Assembly (NCBI GenBank): GCA_963719205.1
Contig: CAVRAW010000004.1
Location: forward strand, 17,765-81,764
Direction of reading: 5' to 3'
DNA from: Pirellulales bacterium
GTDB taxonomy: Bacteria > Planctomycetota > Planctomycetia > Pirellulales > JADZDJ01
DNA length: 64,000 bases
A program made the position numbers and the translations under genes. Positions 54,097 to 64,000 of this stretch are shown here, piece after piece. Under the pieces are notes generated by a model. It was not told the DNA's origin. It saw only the letters and a list, made by a program, of their open reading frames with translations, and made no database searches. Position 1 is the stretch's first letter. Each line of letters starts with the position of its first letter.

Positions 54097-57081
54097 ATGT
54101 CCGGATTTCGGATCGCCTTCGACGCCCCCTGGTTCCTGCTGCTGCTGGCGGCGCTGCCGCTATTGTGGTGGTTTGGCGCGCACAGTTTGGCGGGCCTCGG
54201 CCGCGTTCGGCGGTCAATTGCGCTCGCCATGCGCTGCGCCGTGCTGGTGCTGATCATCCTGGCGCTAGCGGAGTTGCAACTGGTTCGCACCAGCGAAAAG
54301 CTGACGGTCATGTATCTCCTGGATCAGTCGGCCAGCATTCCGCCCCACCAGCGGCAAGAAATGACGGACTATGTCAACGCCGAGGTCAAGAAACATCGCC
54401 GCGGCGAACTCGGCGACCGCGCTGGAGTGATTGTATTTCGGCGCGACGCCACGGTGGCGTACCCGCCGGTCGACGATTATCTGCGCCTCAGCCGCGAAGC
54501 GGAAGTGCACGGCGATGCCGACCACACCAATATCGAGGCCGCCTTGCGCCTAGCGATGGCTTCCTTCCCGTCCGATGCCGCACGGCGTGTCGTTATTGCG
54601 ACCGACGGCAATGAGAACATGGGCAACGCGCTCCATCAGGCGCACAGCATGGCCGACGCTGGCGTCGGAATCGACGTCGTACCGCTGCGCTATCCGCCGC
54701 GCAGCGACGTGGCCGTCGAGCGCATCACCGTTCCGTCACAAATCGGCCGCGGCCAGCCGTTCGATTTGCGCGTTGTCTTGAACAACACCGTCGGCCAGGA
54801 TGCCCCATCCGGCGGCCAAGTGAAAGGCCATTTGGAAGTTACCCGCAAATCCGGTGAAAGCGAAAAAATCCTGGCCCGCGAACCGTTGATCCTGGAACCC
54901 GGCAAGCATGTGTTCAGCTTGCGCGAAGAAATCGATTCGCCAGATTTCTACACCTACCTGGCCCGATACATTCCCGACGATCCCGCGCAGGATGCCGTGT
55001 CCGCCGACAATCGGGCCACCGCCTTCACGCACGTTCGCGGGCAGGGGCAGGTGCTGCTGATTGTCGATGCCGAGAACCCCGGCGAGTTCGACTTTCTGAT
55101 CCAGCGGCTGCGCAAAGAAAATTTGCACGTCACGCTACAGCCGAGCAACCAGTTGTTCACTTCGCTGGCGGAACTGCAGCCGTTCGATGCCGTGATTCTG
55201 GCCGATGTCCCGCGCGAGAATTTCACCGCCGCCCAAGTAAAAAAGCTGGCCCTCAATACGCAGCAGATGGGCTCGGGCCTGATCATGCTCGGCGGACCCA
55301 ACAGCTTCGGCGCGGGCGGCTGGGCCAACAGCGAAGTCGAAGCGGCCATGCCGCTGGATTTCCAAATCAAGAACACGAAAATGCGCCCGCCGGCGCTGGC
55401 GCTAGTGATCGATCGCTCCGGCTCGATGACCGGCGAAAAACTCGCCATGGCCAAGGCTGCCGCGTCGGCCTCGGTCGAAGTGCTCTCCCCCGGCGATTAC
55501 GTTTCCATCATCGCCTTCGACACGGCCGCCAATCTCGTCGTGCCGTTGACGAAAAAGGAGGATTCAACAGACATCCTTTCGCGGCTCGATTCCGTCGGCG
55601 CCGCGGGCGGCACGAATATGTATCCCGCCCTGACGCTAGCTTACGAGCAGCTTGCCCAGGCCGCCGACGCCGGCGTGCGCCACATCGTCCTCCTGACCGA
55701 TGGCATGACCGAAGGCGCCGGTTACCAGCAACTGGTCGAACAAATGCGAAAGGATCAAAACGTCACGCTCTCGACCGTGGCCGTGGGCGCCGACGCCGAC
55801 GTCAAGCTGCTGGAGCAATTGGCCCGCGCCGGCGGCGGGCGATTCCATCAGGCCCTTTCCCCCAGCTCCCTGCCACGCATCTTTCAGCAAGAAGCTCGTA
55901 TCGTCGCCCGACCGTTGATCTTCCAGCGTGATGCCGGCTTCCAACCACGACTCACGATGCCGCACGAAATCCTCAAGGGCATCAGCGACGCGCTGCCCCC
56001 GATTACCGGCTATGTGCTGACCAGCAAGAAAGAAAATCCATTGGTCGAAGTCGCGGCGATTTCTCCCGTCGGACCCGACGACTCCACCGCCGACAACCGC
56101 ACGATTCTCGCCGGTTGGACCTATGGCCTGGGCAAAGCTGTGGCGCTGACCACCGATGCCGGCCAGCGTTGGGCGAGCTTCTGGACCAGTTGGCCGTACT
56201 ACGACAAGCTCTTCGCGCAGATCGTCCGCTGGTCGATGCGCCCCGCCGGCGATCAAGGAAAATTCAGCGTTGCCACCGATCTCGACGGCAGCAGCGTGAA
56301 CGTCACCGTCACGGCCTTGGACATGCACGACGAGTTTGTGAATTTCCTGAACATGACCGGCCACATCGTGAGCCCCGAAATGAAACCGATCGAGTTGAAG
56401 TTGCGCCAAACCGCGGCAGGCCGTTATGTCGGCCGGTTCGACGCGCCCTCACCGGGCAGTTATTTCCTGATGCTCAATCCCGGACCGGGCATGGCCCCGG
56501 TTCTCGCCGGTGTGAACATGCCTTACTCGGCGGAATTCTTGGACCGCGAGCCGAACGAAGGTTTGCTCAAAGCTTTGGCAGCTTTAACGCCGAAAGGGAC
56601 AACCGAATCCGGCCTGCTGATCGCCGATGCGCACGGCCAGGCGCCGGATGCACGTTTGGAATTCGATACGTTTCGACACAGTTTGCCCAAGGCCAGAAGT
56701 TTGCAAGCGCTCTGGCCGGAACTGGTTCTGGTGGCGGCGTGTATCTTCTTTCTCGATGTGCTGGTGCGTCGAGTTCGGCTGAATTTCGCCGCGTTGCCGC
56801 GCCTGGCCGACAGAGCTTTTGCCCAACTTCGAAACCGCCAGCCGCGACCCGCTCCGTTGGAATCGATCCAGCGGTTGCGCAGCCGCAAGGCGGCCATTTC
56901 GCAACAGATTGCCTCCCAGCGCGCCGGAGCGTATCTCGAAGCATCGGCCGACAACGTGCCTGCCGACATCAATCCGGAACGATCCGCCATCGCTCTCCAA
57001 GGGGGCCCCGCGGAAACTGAATCCCCCTACATTGATCGCCTGCTCGAGGCGAAGAAGAAAGTCCGGCAGCAGCGAAACTGA
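54097..57081 (+). CDS. membrane protein with two VWA domains and a glutamine amidotransferase-like domain
   Basis: BatA-like N-terminal TM, DQSAS and DRSGS MIDAS motifs, TDG, GGPNSFGAGGW, YGLGKAVA.TTD. Confidence 0.88.
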   Translation: MSGFRIAFDAPWFLLLLAALPLLWWFGAHSLAGLGRVRRSIALAMRCAVLVLIILALAELQLVRTSEKLTVMYLLDQSASIPPHQRQEMTDYVNAEVKKHRRGELGDRAGVIVFRRDATVAYPPVDDYLRLSREAEVHGDADHTNIEAALRLAMASFPSDAARRVVIATDGNENMGNALHQAHSMADAGVGIDVVPLRYPPRSDVAVERITVPSQIGRGQPFDLRVVLNNTVGQDAPSGGQVKGHLEVTRKSGESEKILAREPLILEPGKHVFSLREEIDSPDFYTYLARYIPDDPAQDAVSADNRATAFTHVRGQGQVLLIVDAENPGEFDFLIQRLRKENLHVTLQPSNQLFTSLAELQPFDAVILADVPRENFTAAQVKKLALNTQQMGSGLIMLGGPNSFGAGGWANSEVEAAMPLDFQIKNTKMRPPALALVIDRSGSMTGEKLAMAKAAASASVEVLSPGDYVSIIAFDTAANLVVPLTKKEDSTDILSRLDSVGAAGGTNMYPALTLAYEQLAQAADAGVRHIVLLTDGMTEGAGYQQLVEQMRKDQNVTLSTVAVGADADVKLLEQLARAGGGRFHQALSPSSLPRIFQQEARIVARPLIFQRDAGFQPRLTMPHEILKGISDALPPITGYVLTSKKENPLVEVAAISPVGPDDSTADNRTILAGWTYGLGKAVALTTDAGQRWASFWTSWPYYDKLFAQIVRWSMRPAGDQGKFSVATDLDGSSVNVTVTALDMHDEFVNFLNMTGHIVSPEMKPIELKLRQTAAGRYVGRFDAPSPGSYFLMLNPGPGMAPVLAGVNMPYSAEFLDREPNEGLLKALAALTPKGTTESGLLIADAHGQAPDARLEFDTFRHSLPKARSLQALWPELVLVAACIFFLDVLVRRVRLNFAALPRLADRAFAQLRNRQPRPAPLESIQRLRSRKAAISQQIASQRAGAYLEASADNVPADINPERSAIALQGGPAETESPYIDRLLEAKKKVRQQRN

Positions 57082-57097
57082 CCCGAGGTATCCAACG

Positions 57098-57715
57098 TCA
57101 TTTTCCGCCGGCACCCCCGCCTCCCGGCTGGCCGGTTTGCGCTACCAAATCGATGTACCATGTGCCGCCGATTTTTTTGAATGCCATTTGACTGGTTTGC
57201 TCTTCGCTGCCCAGCTTCACTTTGACGGTCCCTGTCGCAGAGTCGCCCTCGGCTTTGACGCCGCTCAGCTCGGCGTGCGAATAGGCGTCCATCTTTTCAG
57301 CTCGATCCTTACCGGCCGCATTACTTTCCATCCACGCCATCATCTCGGCGAAACAACCCGCCCTGTCCTTCACGTCAGCCACGAGCGCCTTCATCGCCAT
57401 CCGAGGGTCTTGCCCTTGCAGCTTCGTCGGATCCGGCTTCTTGATGCCGCATTTTTCCACCACTTTCCGTGCGTCCTCCGCCTTCGCCGGATCGACGCCG
57501 AAGTACATGTTCATCGCCAATCCTCCCATCATCACGTCCTGGCTATCGGGAGTCATTTGCGCAAAACCGCCCTTGTAATCCTTGCTCTTCATCGCCGCTT
57601 TAAAGTTCTCAAACACGCCTTCGGGCGAAGTTGCGCCGCCGGCGGCCAGGGCGACCAGCGGAAATATCAAAGCGGCCCCCATCGCCCACGCAATCGCCCC
57701 TGCTTTGGTAGTCAT
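57098..57715 (-). CDS. exported hypothetical protein (NTF2/DUF4878-like)
   Basis: Signal peptide, SPEGVFE.F..A...KDY, EGD.ATG.V, FKKIGG.WYI. Confidence 0.72.
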   Translation of the reverse strand: MTTKAGAIAWAMGAALIFPLVALAAGGATSPEGVFENFKAAMKSKDYKGGFAQMTPDSQDVMMGGLAMNMYFGVDPAKAEDARKVVEKCGIKKPDPTKLQGQDPRMAMKALVADVKDRAGCFAEMMAWMESNAAGKDRAEKMDAYSHAELSGVKAEGDSATGTVKVKLGSEEQTSQMAFKKIGGTWYIDLVAQTGQPGGGGAGGK

Positions 57716-57845
57716 GAATCAGATCCTTGTAAAGCTGTTTTGGATTTCGGCGCCCGGCGAGGGCTTGGTGTTCACTGTCGCCGCTGACAAGTTGCCCGTC
57801 AAGTGGGTGCTAGCAACCGCCCCCACGACCGCCAGGGCGCCGTTG

Positions 57846-58910
57846 CTAGACCGATTCGATGCGTTTGCCTTGCCACGTGTCGCGGCGACTCAGCTCGGTT
57901 TCCAGCGCGGCACGCAAGCCGGGTTTATCCAGACACCACGACGGCGCCACGAAATAATCCGGCGGCGCCTCGCCGCTCACGCGCTCCACTACCATCTCCG
58001 GCGGCAAAAGCTCCAGGAAATCGACCAGCACCTCGATGTATTGGTCACGCTCCATCAACCGCACTTCGCCCCGGGCCACCTGATCGGCCAGCGGCGTATT
58101 TTTCACCGCATACAAGTTGTGGAGCTTGACGGAATCGAGCTGCAAACGGGCCACCTCACGGGCGGTGGCCAGCATGTCGGCGTGCGATTCCCCCGGCAGC
58201 CCCAGAATCACATGCGCAAATTTCGAAGCCCCGCCCCCGGCTGCGCTCGATGGCGTCCAAAAAAGCATCATGATAATGCCCGCGATTCATCCAATCCAGC
58301 GACCGATCGTGAATTGTCTGCAAGCCGTACTCGACCGAAAGGTACGTGCGGACGGCCAGCTCGCCCAGCAATTCCAGCACCTCGTCGGGCACGCAATCCG
58401 GCCGCGTGCCGATCGCCAAACCGACGACTTGCGGATGCTCGATCGCCGCCTCGAACAGCGGCCGCAGTTTTTCCACCGGAGCGTATGTGTTCGTGGCCGG
58501 CTGAAAGTAAGCCATGAACTGATCGCAATCATAGCGCCACTTCAACCGCCGGATCCCCTCCGAAATTTGCCCCCGCACGTCGCGCGGGCTCATCCGCGGG
58601 CTCCGCCGGCTGGGGCTGAAGCTCCGGTTATCGCAAAACGTGCAGCCCCCTCGCGCCACCGTACCATCCACATTCGGGCAGGTGAAACCGGCATCAATGC
58701 TCACCTTTTGCACGCGCCGCCAAATTTCTTGCGCAGGAAAAAGTTGTACGAGTGGTAGCGTAGCCCCGCGGTACGCCACGCAGCATTCGCGCCCTCCGCT
58801 TCCGGCCCCGGAGAAACCACTCCGGCAGCCCGCAGCCTTTTAGGCGATACGCCCGCTGCCGGCCGCATTTCGGCTATGGCATCAGTTTTTTTCGGCTTGG
58901 CGGGCGGCAT
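57846..58910 (-). CDS. TIGR01212/YhcC family radical SAM protein; indels, start uncertain
   Basis: DAGFTCPNVDG..ARGGCTFC, AYFQPATNTY, GTRPDC, EYGLQT, HVILGLPGE, VKLHNL. Confidence 0.92.
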
Positions 58911-58915
58911 TTTAG

Positions 58916-58945
58916 TTGACCCCCCCTGGGTCGTGTGCATAGATT
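58916..58945 (+). promoter_or_regulatory. probable promoter of FHA-rsgA
   Basis: TTGACC-18 nt-TAGATT. Confidence 0.4.
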
Positions 58946-59041
58946 CAATTGGTGGTTGGCATCATCATTTTTATCACCGGTCATAGTAAGTTGAAACGGG
59001 GGGATTAGCATGCATCCGCGATTTCCCTCAGGGAGCTTTTC

Positions 59042-59512
59042 ATGTTGGGCGAATTACTTCCGCTGGGCGGCGGCGATCCCATTCCGCTGTTGAAGCAGCA
59101 GCTTTTGGTCGGTCGCCGGGAAAGTTGCGACATCGTGCTGCGGTTTGCCAACGTCTCCGCGCACCACTGCCAATTGAGTGTCCAATCCGGCTACTGGTAC
59201 GTAAAAGACATGGGGAGCAAAAACGGCATCAAGGTCAACGGAGTCCGCTATGCCGAGCGGCGGTTGGATCCGGGAGATCAGCTTTCCGTGGCCAAGCACG
59301 AATACGAAATCAAATATTCTCCGGCCGAATTGGGCGCCGTGGGACCGCCGCCGGCGAACGAAGAGCTGCCCAACGACATTTTCGGCAAGTCGCTGTTGGA
59401 GCGCGCCGGACTGGCCAAAAAGCCGCTCAATTTGCCCGACGACGGGCACAAGCGCTACGATGTAGCGGACGACTCCGCCGGCCAAATCAAAGACCGCAAC
59501 CGGCCGACGTGA
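59042..59512 (+). CDS. FHA domain protein
   Basis: VGRRESCDI, VSAHHC, DMGSKNGIKVNG. Confidence 0.93.
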   Translation: MLGELLPLGGGDPIPLLKQQLLVGRRESCDIVLRFANVSAHHCQLSVQSGYWYVKDMGSKNGIKVNGVRYAERRLDPGDQLSVAKHEYEIKYSPAELGAVGPPPANEELPNDIFGKSLLERAGLAKKPLNLPDDGHKRYDVADDSAGQIKDRNRPT

Positions 59513-59514
59513 AG

Positions 59515-59570
59515 AGCTGTTAGCTTTTAGAATTTAGCTATTAGCCAGCTAAAATCTAATAGCTGTTGCT
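59515..59570. repeat. AT-rich 7-bp array upstream of rsgA
   Basis: agctgtt agctttt agaattt agctatt agcc ... agctaaa atctaat agctgtt. Confidence 0.7.
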
Positions 59571-59571
59571 T

Positions 59572-60753
59572 ATGTCCAAACGCAAAATCCGCGCCGACTT
59601 TCGCAAGAACCGCGCCACTCGGCAGCGCGAAACCGATCGGACACGCCGCTTCGATCGGGATAGCATCGAGGATGCCGACGAACCGCGCCAAGAGCGCATC
59701 AGCGGCAAAGGAGAGCTCACCCGTCGCCGGACCGTCGTCGGCACCGAGTTCGAGCAAGACACCGGCGGTTTCGCCGTGCAGCCCGACGTCGATCTCAGCC
59801 AGTGCCGCCAGGGCCGGGTGCTGGTCGTGCACGGGTTGCTGAGTATCGTCGAGGCGGACGACGGTACTTATTTCCGCTGCGCCACGCGACGATTGTTGCG
59901 AACGATGTCGACCGATCAGCGGCACGTCGTGGCGGCAGGAGATCGGGTTTTCTTCCGCCCCGCCGATGCAAAAGCAGCCGGCAATATCTCGGCTGCAGAG
60001 GCGGTTGCCGAAGGGTTCATCGAACGGATCGAGCCGCGCTACTCCGCGCTGAGCCGCACGGTGCGCGGGCGCCAGCATGTGATCGTCGCCAACGTCGATC
60101 AAATGGTCATCGTCTCCAGCGCCGCCGAACCGCGTCTGAAACCCGGCCTGATCGACCGCTACATCGTTAGCGCCGAAAAAGGACGCCTGCGTCCCATCGT
60201 GTGCATCAATAAAATCGACCTCGTGGACTCGGCCGATCTCGAGCCCCTGGTCGGCGTCTTCAGCCGCATGGGATACCGCGTGCTGATGGCATCCGCCACC
60301 ACCGGCTTCGGCATCGACCGCTTGCGACGCGAACTGGTCGGCCAGGCCAGCGTCGTCGTGGGTCAAAGCGGCGTGGGGAAATCGTCGCTCTTGAACGCCG
60401 TCGATCCGGATTTAGGTTTGCGAATCGCCGCCGTCAGCGCGGAAACACAAAAAGGAAAGCACACAACCACTGCCGCGCGTTTGCTGCCGCTCACTGGCAG
60501 CGTAGGATACGTCGTCGATACCCCCGGCATCCGCCAGTTTCAACTCTGGGACGTGAGTCCCGCCGAAGTCGCCGGCTACTTCCGCGACCTGCGGCCGTTT
60601 GTCAACCGCTGCCGGTTCCCGAATTGCACGCACCGCCACGAGGCCGACTGTGCGGTGAAAGACGCCGTAGCGGACGGCTGGCTCGATGCCCGCCGATACG
60701 AAAGCTACTGCCAGCTTTTCGAAGAGGACCAATTGGAGAAAGAAAGGCGATAG
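59572..60753 (+). CDS. rsgA: ribosome small subunit-dependent GTPase A
   Basis: ANVDQ, NKID, GQSGVGKSSL, KGKHTTT, DTPG, CRFPNCTH..E.DCAV. Confidence 0.96.
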   Translation: MSKRKIRADFRKNRATRQRETDRTRRFDRDSIEDADEPRQERISGKGELTRRRTVVGTEFEQDTGGFAVQPDVDLSQCRQGRVLVVHGLLSIVEADDGTYFRCATRRLLRTMSTDQRHVVAAGDRVFFRPADAKAAGNISAAEAVAEGFIERIEPRYSALSRTVRGRQHVIVANVDQMVIVSSAAEPRLKPGLIDRYIVSAEKGRLRPIVCINKIDLVDSADLEPLVGVFSRMGYRVLMASATTGFGIDRLRRELVGQASVVVGQSGVGKSSLLNAVDPDLGLRIAAVSAETQKGKHTTTAARLLPLTGSVGYVVDTPGIRQFQLWDVSPAEVAGYFRDLRPFVNRCRFPNCTHRHEADCAVKDAVADGWLDARRYESYCQLFEEDQLEKERR

Positions 60754-60864
60754 CGGCAAGATATTTGCACTATCGACAATCGTGCGGCACGCTGCCATTT
60801 TCGGCAGAATGGCCCGCAGCGCGGCACATCGTGAAAAGTGGCACAAAGTTATGATGTGGTACAG

Positions 60865-61056
60865 TATAATGCCCCATCGACCAAACGGCCGATTAAAATA
60901 AAAGAACTCGCCGCCGGTTTGAACCCCGCGGCACTTGTACCTGTCTCCCATGCACCCAGCGAGGTCGAATGAAACAAGGCCCTGCTTGCCTCTCGTGTAA
61001 TTCAGTCGCAGCCTCGCGGGAAGTACAACCAGCCATCTCCGGAGGCCCCGCCAAGC
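60865..61056 (+). promoter_or_regulatory. TATAAT box and structured ~180-nt leader of hflX
   Basis: TATAAT at 60865-60870. Nested pairings across 60910-61046 include the GGAGG SD. Confidence 0.5.
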
Positions 61057-62440
61057 GTGATTGAACTCAAACGCACGGAAAGTGTAGTCAGCGAAGCGGC
61101 ATTCCTCGTCGGCGTCCTTATGAACGGACGCTCAACCCAGGAACACCCTTTGGACGAATTGGAAGGCTTGGCCGTCTCGGCCGGGGCCCATGTGGTCGGT
61201 ATACTGACCCAGCGCCGGGAAACCCCCGACGTGACCACCTATCTCGGCGGTGGCAAGGTCGAAGAGCTGGAGCGCCTCGCCGCGGCCGCCGAAGCCGACG
61301 TCGTCATCTTCGACAACGATCTCTCCCCGGCCCAAACTCGCAATCTCGAGAAGGCGATCGGCCTGAAGGTCCTCGATCGCACCGAGCTGATTCTCGACAT
61401 CTTCGCCAGCCGCGCCCAAACGCACGAAGCCCGCCTGGCGGTCGAGCTGGCGCAGCTTCGATATTCGCTGCCGCGGCTGAAGCGCATGTGGACCCACTTG
61501 TCGACGCATCAAAAGGGGCATCGGCATGCGCGGCCCCGGCGAAAAGCAGTTGGAAGTCGACCGCCGCCTGGTCGAAAAACGAATTCACGATCTCAGCGAA
61601 GAATTGCACTCCGTCCATCGCCGCAAGGAGCGCCAGGTGGCCGCCCGCGGCGACCGCATGACCGTCTCGCTGGTGGGTTATACCAACGCCGGCAAGAGCA
61701 CGCTGATGAACGCGCTTACCGAAGCCGGAGTCCTGGCGGTCAACAAACTGTTCGCCACGCTCGACACCCGCACCCGCCGCTGGCAGTTGCCCGGCTGGGG
61801 CCCCGTGCTGTTGAGCGACACGGTCGGCTTCATCCGCGATCTGCCGCACCATTTGATCGCCAGCTTCAAGGCCACGCTCGAAGAAGCCCGTCAGGCCGAT
61901 CTGCTGTTGCACGTGGCCGACGCCTCCAGCCCCATGGCCCGCGAGCAAATCACCGCGGTCTACAACGTGCTGGAAGAGCTGGGCATCCAGGCCAAGGACA
62001 CGATGCTGGTGCTCAACAAAATCGATGCCGCCCGCGACCGCGGCCAGGTGGAAATGCTTTTGAATCGCTACCCCAACGCCGTGCCCATCAGCGCACGGCG
62101 GCGCATCGGTCTGGACAAGCTGGCCGACCTGGTCAGCCGCACGCTCAGCCAGAATTTCGTCGATATCGACGTGGAAACCGGCGTCGACAACGGCCGCTTG
62201 CTGGCCTATCTGGCGGCCCATGGCGAGGTGCTTTCGCAGCGCTACAATGGCTCGACGATGATGATCCACTGCCGCCTGGCTCAGAAATATCTGGGCCGTT
62301 TGCACGACGAAACCGCCGTCATTCGCCCACACACCAACGGCAACGGCGCGAATGGCAACGGCGCAGGCGGCAATGGCGCAGGCGCAAACGGAACGCCGCA
62401 CGCCGTCGACCGCAGCCAGAATGGCAACGGCCGTCATTGA
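61057..62440 (+). CDS. hflX: GTPase HflX; indel near 61515
   Basis: DRTELILDIFA.RA.THEA.L.VELAQL.Y.LPRL, RGPGEKQLE.DRR, GYTNAGKSTL, LFATLD, DTVGF, NKID. Confidence 0.96.
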
Positions 62441-62463
62441 GCGGCCGCACGCGACCCTTTCCC

Positions 62464-63217
62464 ATGCTGCCGGCCATCGAAATTCTCTACGAAGACGATC
62501 ATGTCCTGATCGTCAACAAGCCCTCCGGCCTCTCGACGCAGGCACGCGCGGCATCGATTCGCTCGAACTGCAAGTCCGCGCCTATCTGCAACGCAGCGTG
62601 AACGCCGACATGATCTACTGGCAGGCCGATCCATTGGGGCAGGCACCGAAGTTTACCTCGGCCTGCCGCATCGCTTGGATCGCCCCGTCTCCGGCGTCAT
62701 CGTGCTCACGAAAACAAAAAAGGCGGCGCGCAAAATTTCCCGCCAGTTCGAGCGCCGGCAAGTGCGCAAACTGTACTGGGCCGCCGTCTCCGGAACCGTA
62801 AATCCGCCCTCCGGCACGTGGACCGATCGCCTCCGCAAACTCCCCGGCGAAGCGCGGGTCGAAATCGTACCCCACGATCATCCTGAAGGACAAAATGCCG
62901 TACTGCGCTTTAGCACCCTCGGCCAAACGTCCCACGGCTCGTGGCTGGAAATCGAACTGGAAACCGGCCGCATGCACCAGATCCGCGTGCAGGTGGCCTC
63001 TCGAGGCTGGCCCGTTTTGGGCGATCTGCAATATGGCAGCCAATTGCCATTCGGTCCGCCGTGCGATGATCCGCGCCAGCGGGCCATCGCGCTGCACGCC
63101 CGGCGACTATCCCTGGTGATGCCGGTCACCCAGGAGCAACGCACATTCACTGCTCCTCTCGGCGAGGCGTGGCACAGCCTCGGCATCCGCGAAGACGCCA
63201 GCACCACAGCGCAGTGA
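62464..63217 (+). CDS. RluA family pseudouridine synthase; indels
   Basis: ILYEDD..LIVNKPSG, HRLDRPVSG, ETGRMHQIRVQ, PVLGD..YG, ALHA. Confidence 0.92.
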
Positions 63218-63231
63218 CGACGGCCGCTCGT

Positions 63232-64000
63232 TTAGCGACCGTAAGAGTTCGTCGATTGCTTGGTGGGATCGTATGTGCGCGCCGAGGGATCTGTGTTTTC
63301 AAGCGGCGCGGCGTATGAGTTACCGTAATTGCCTCGCTGCAGAGTCGGCAATTGTCCCGGCGCAAACTTTTGAATCGATCCTAACCCCGCCCCCAAAGTG
63401 GCTGTCGGGCCGGCGGCTCGAACGCTGGGGCTCTGCCCGCCGGCCGCATACGGCGCAACAATCGATGGATACCGCGTCGGACTGGAACCATAACTGTACG
63501 AGCCGACCGGATCTTTCTTCAACCGCGCATCCACGCCCGAATCCATGTCATCCGCTGAGGCGGTTTGACCGCCCGTGCCCGGCTGGCTGAGAGAGCGCCG
63601 CGCTGCATCAGGCTTCGATAGGTCGACATCGACCCAGGAGCCGAACGTCCGCTGCCCGGAGCTGTGCTGTATCCCTGCGGATTTGGCTGTTCGGTCGGCC
63701 CGGGCGCCTTGCTGACACTGTTGTCGCCCGGCGCGGGCGAACCATTCGGATTATTGGACTGCGGTTTGGCAACGGCGGTGCGCGGCAAAGCAGTGGGCGT
63801 CTTATCGTTGGTCAGCTTGTCGTTCAGCGCCTGTTTGGCCCAATTGTCCGTTCGCGGGGAGATATCGCGCCGCATCGCTTCTTTTTCTGCCGTGGCGACG
63901 CCTCCGACGTTCAATGGCAGACTGTTATCGCCGCGTTCCATGCTGAAATTCGTGCGCGGCGAAGTGGTGTCGGAACGATTTCCTTTGCGTTGCTGTTGCT
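63232..64000 (-). CDS. C-terminal part of a low-complexity Pro/Ser/Gly/Tyr-rich hypothetical protein (start outside window; indel near 63545)
   Basis: Adjacent minus-strand ORFs 63519..63941 and 63232..63546 with similar composition. Confidence 0.5.

Overview
GC-rich (roughly 60-63% by eye) bacterial chromosome segment, very probably from a Planctomycetota (Pirellulales-like) genome. This is inferred from the PEP-CTERM protein, CPNGH zinc-ribbon protein, thioredoxin-trypsin fusion, VWA/GATase-like membrane protein and TMTC-like TPR protein. Content is mostly core genes: ppdK, infC-rpmI-rplT, hisI, a deoC-PNP-pdp-cdd-nupC salvage operon, metG, polX, ilvN-ilvC, dapL, putA, korAB, MarR-MacAB, tRNA-Asn, rsgA, hflX and an RluA-family synthase. 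Roughly 17 genes are broken by single-base indels, including conserved housekeeping genes, which is best explained by long-read assembly error rather than pseudogenisation. I saw no integrase, transposase, prophage or CRISPR array. The best leads are: (1) a NupC transporter with a ~95-aa, lower-GC, phage-tail/surface-protein-like beta domain inserted in a loop; (2) three unannotated structured non-coding regions: an independently terminated ~200-nt RNA upstream of ppdK, a ~245-nt leader of a small protein, and a rod-like hflX leader that buries the Shine-Dalgarno sequence; (3) a repeat landscape of TTTAGCC REP-like hairpins and 7/8-mer arrays that repeatedly sit directly in front of start codons and have also inserted into genes. 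All folding and counting was done by eye.
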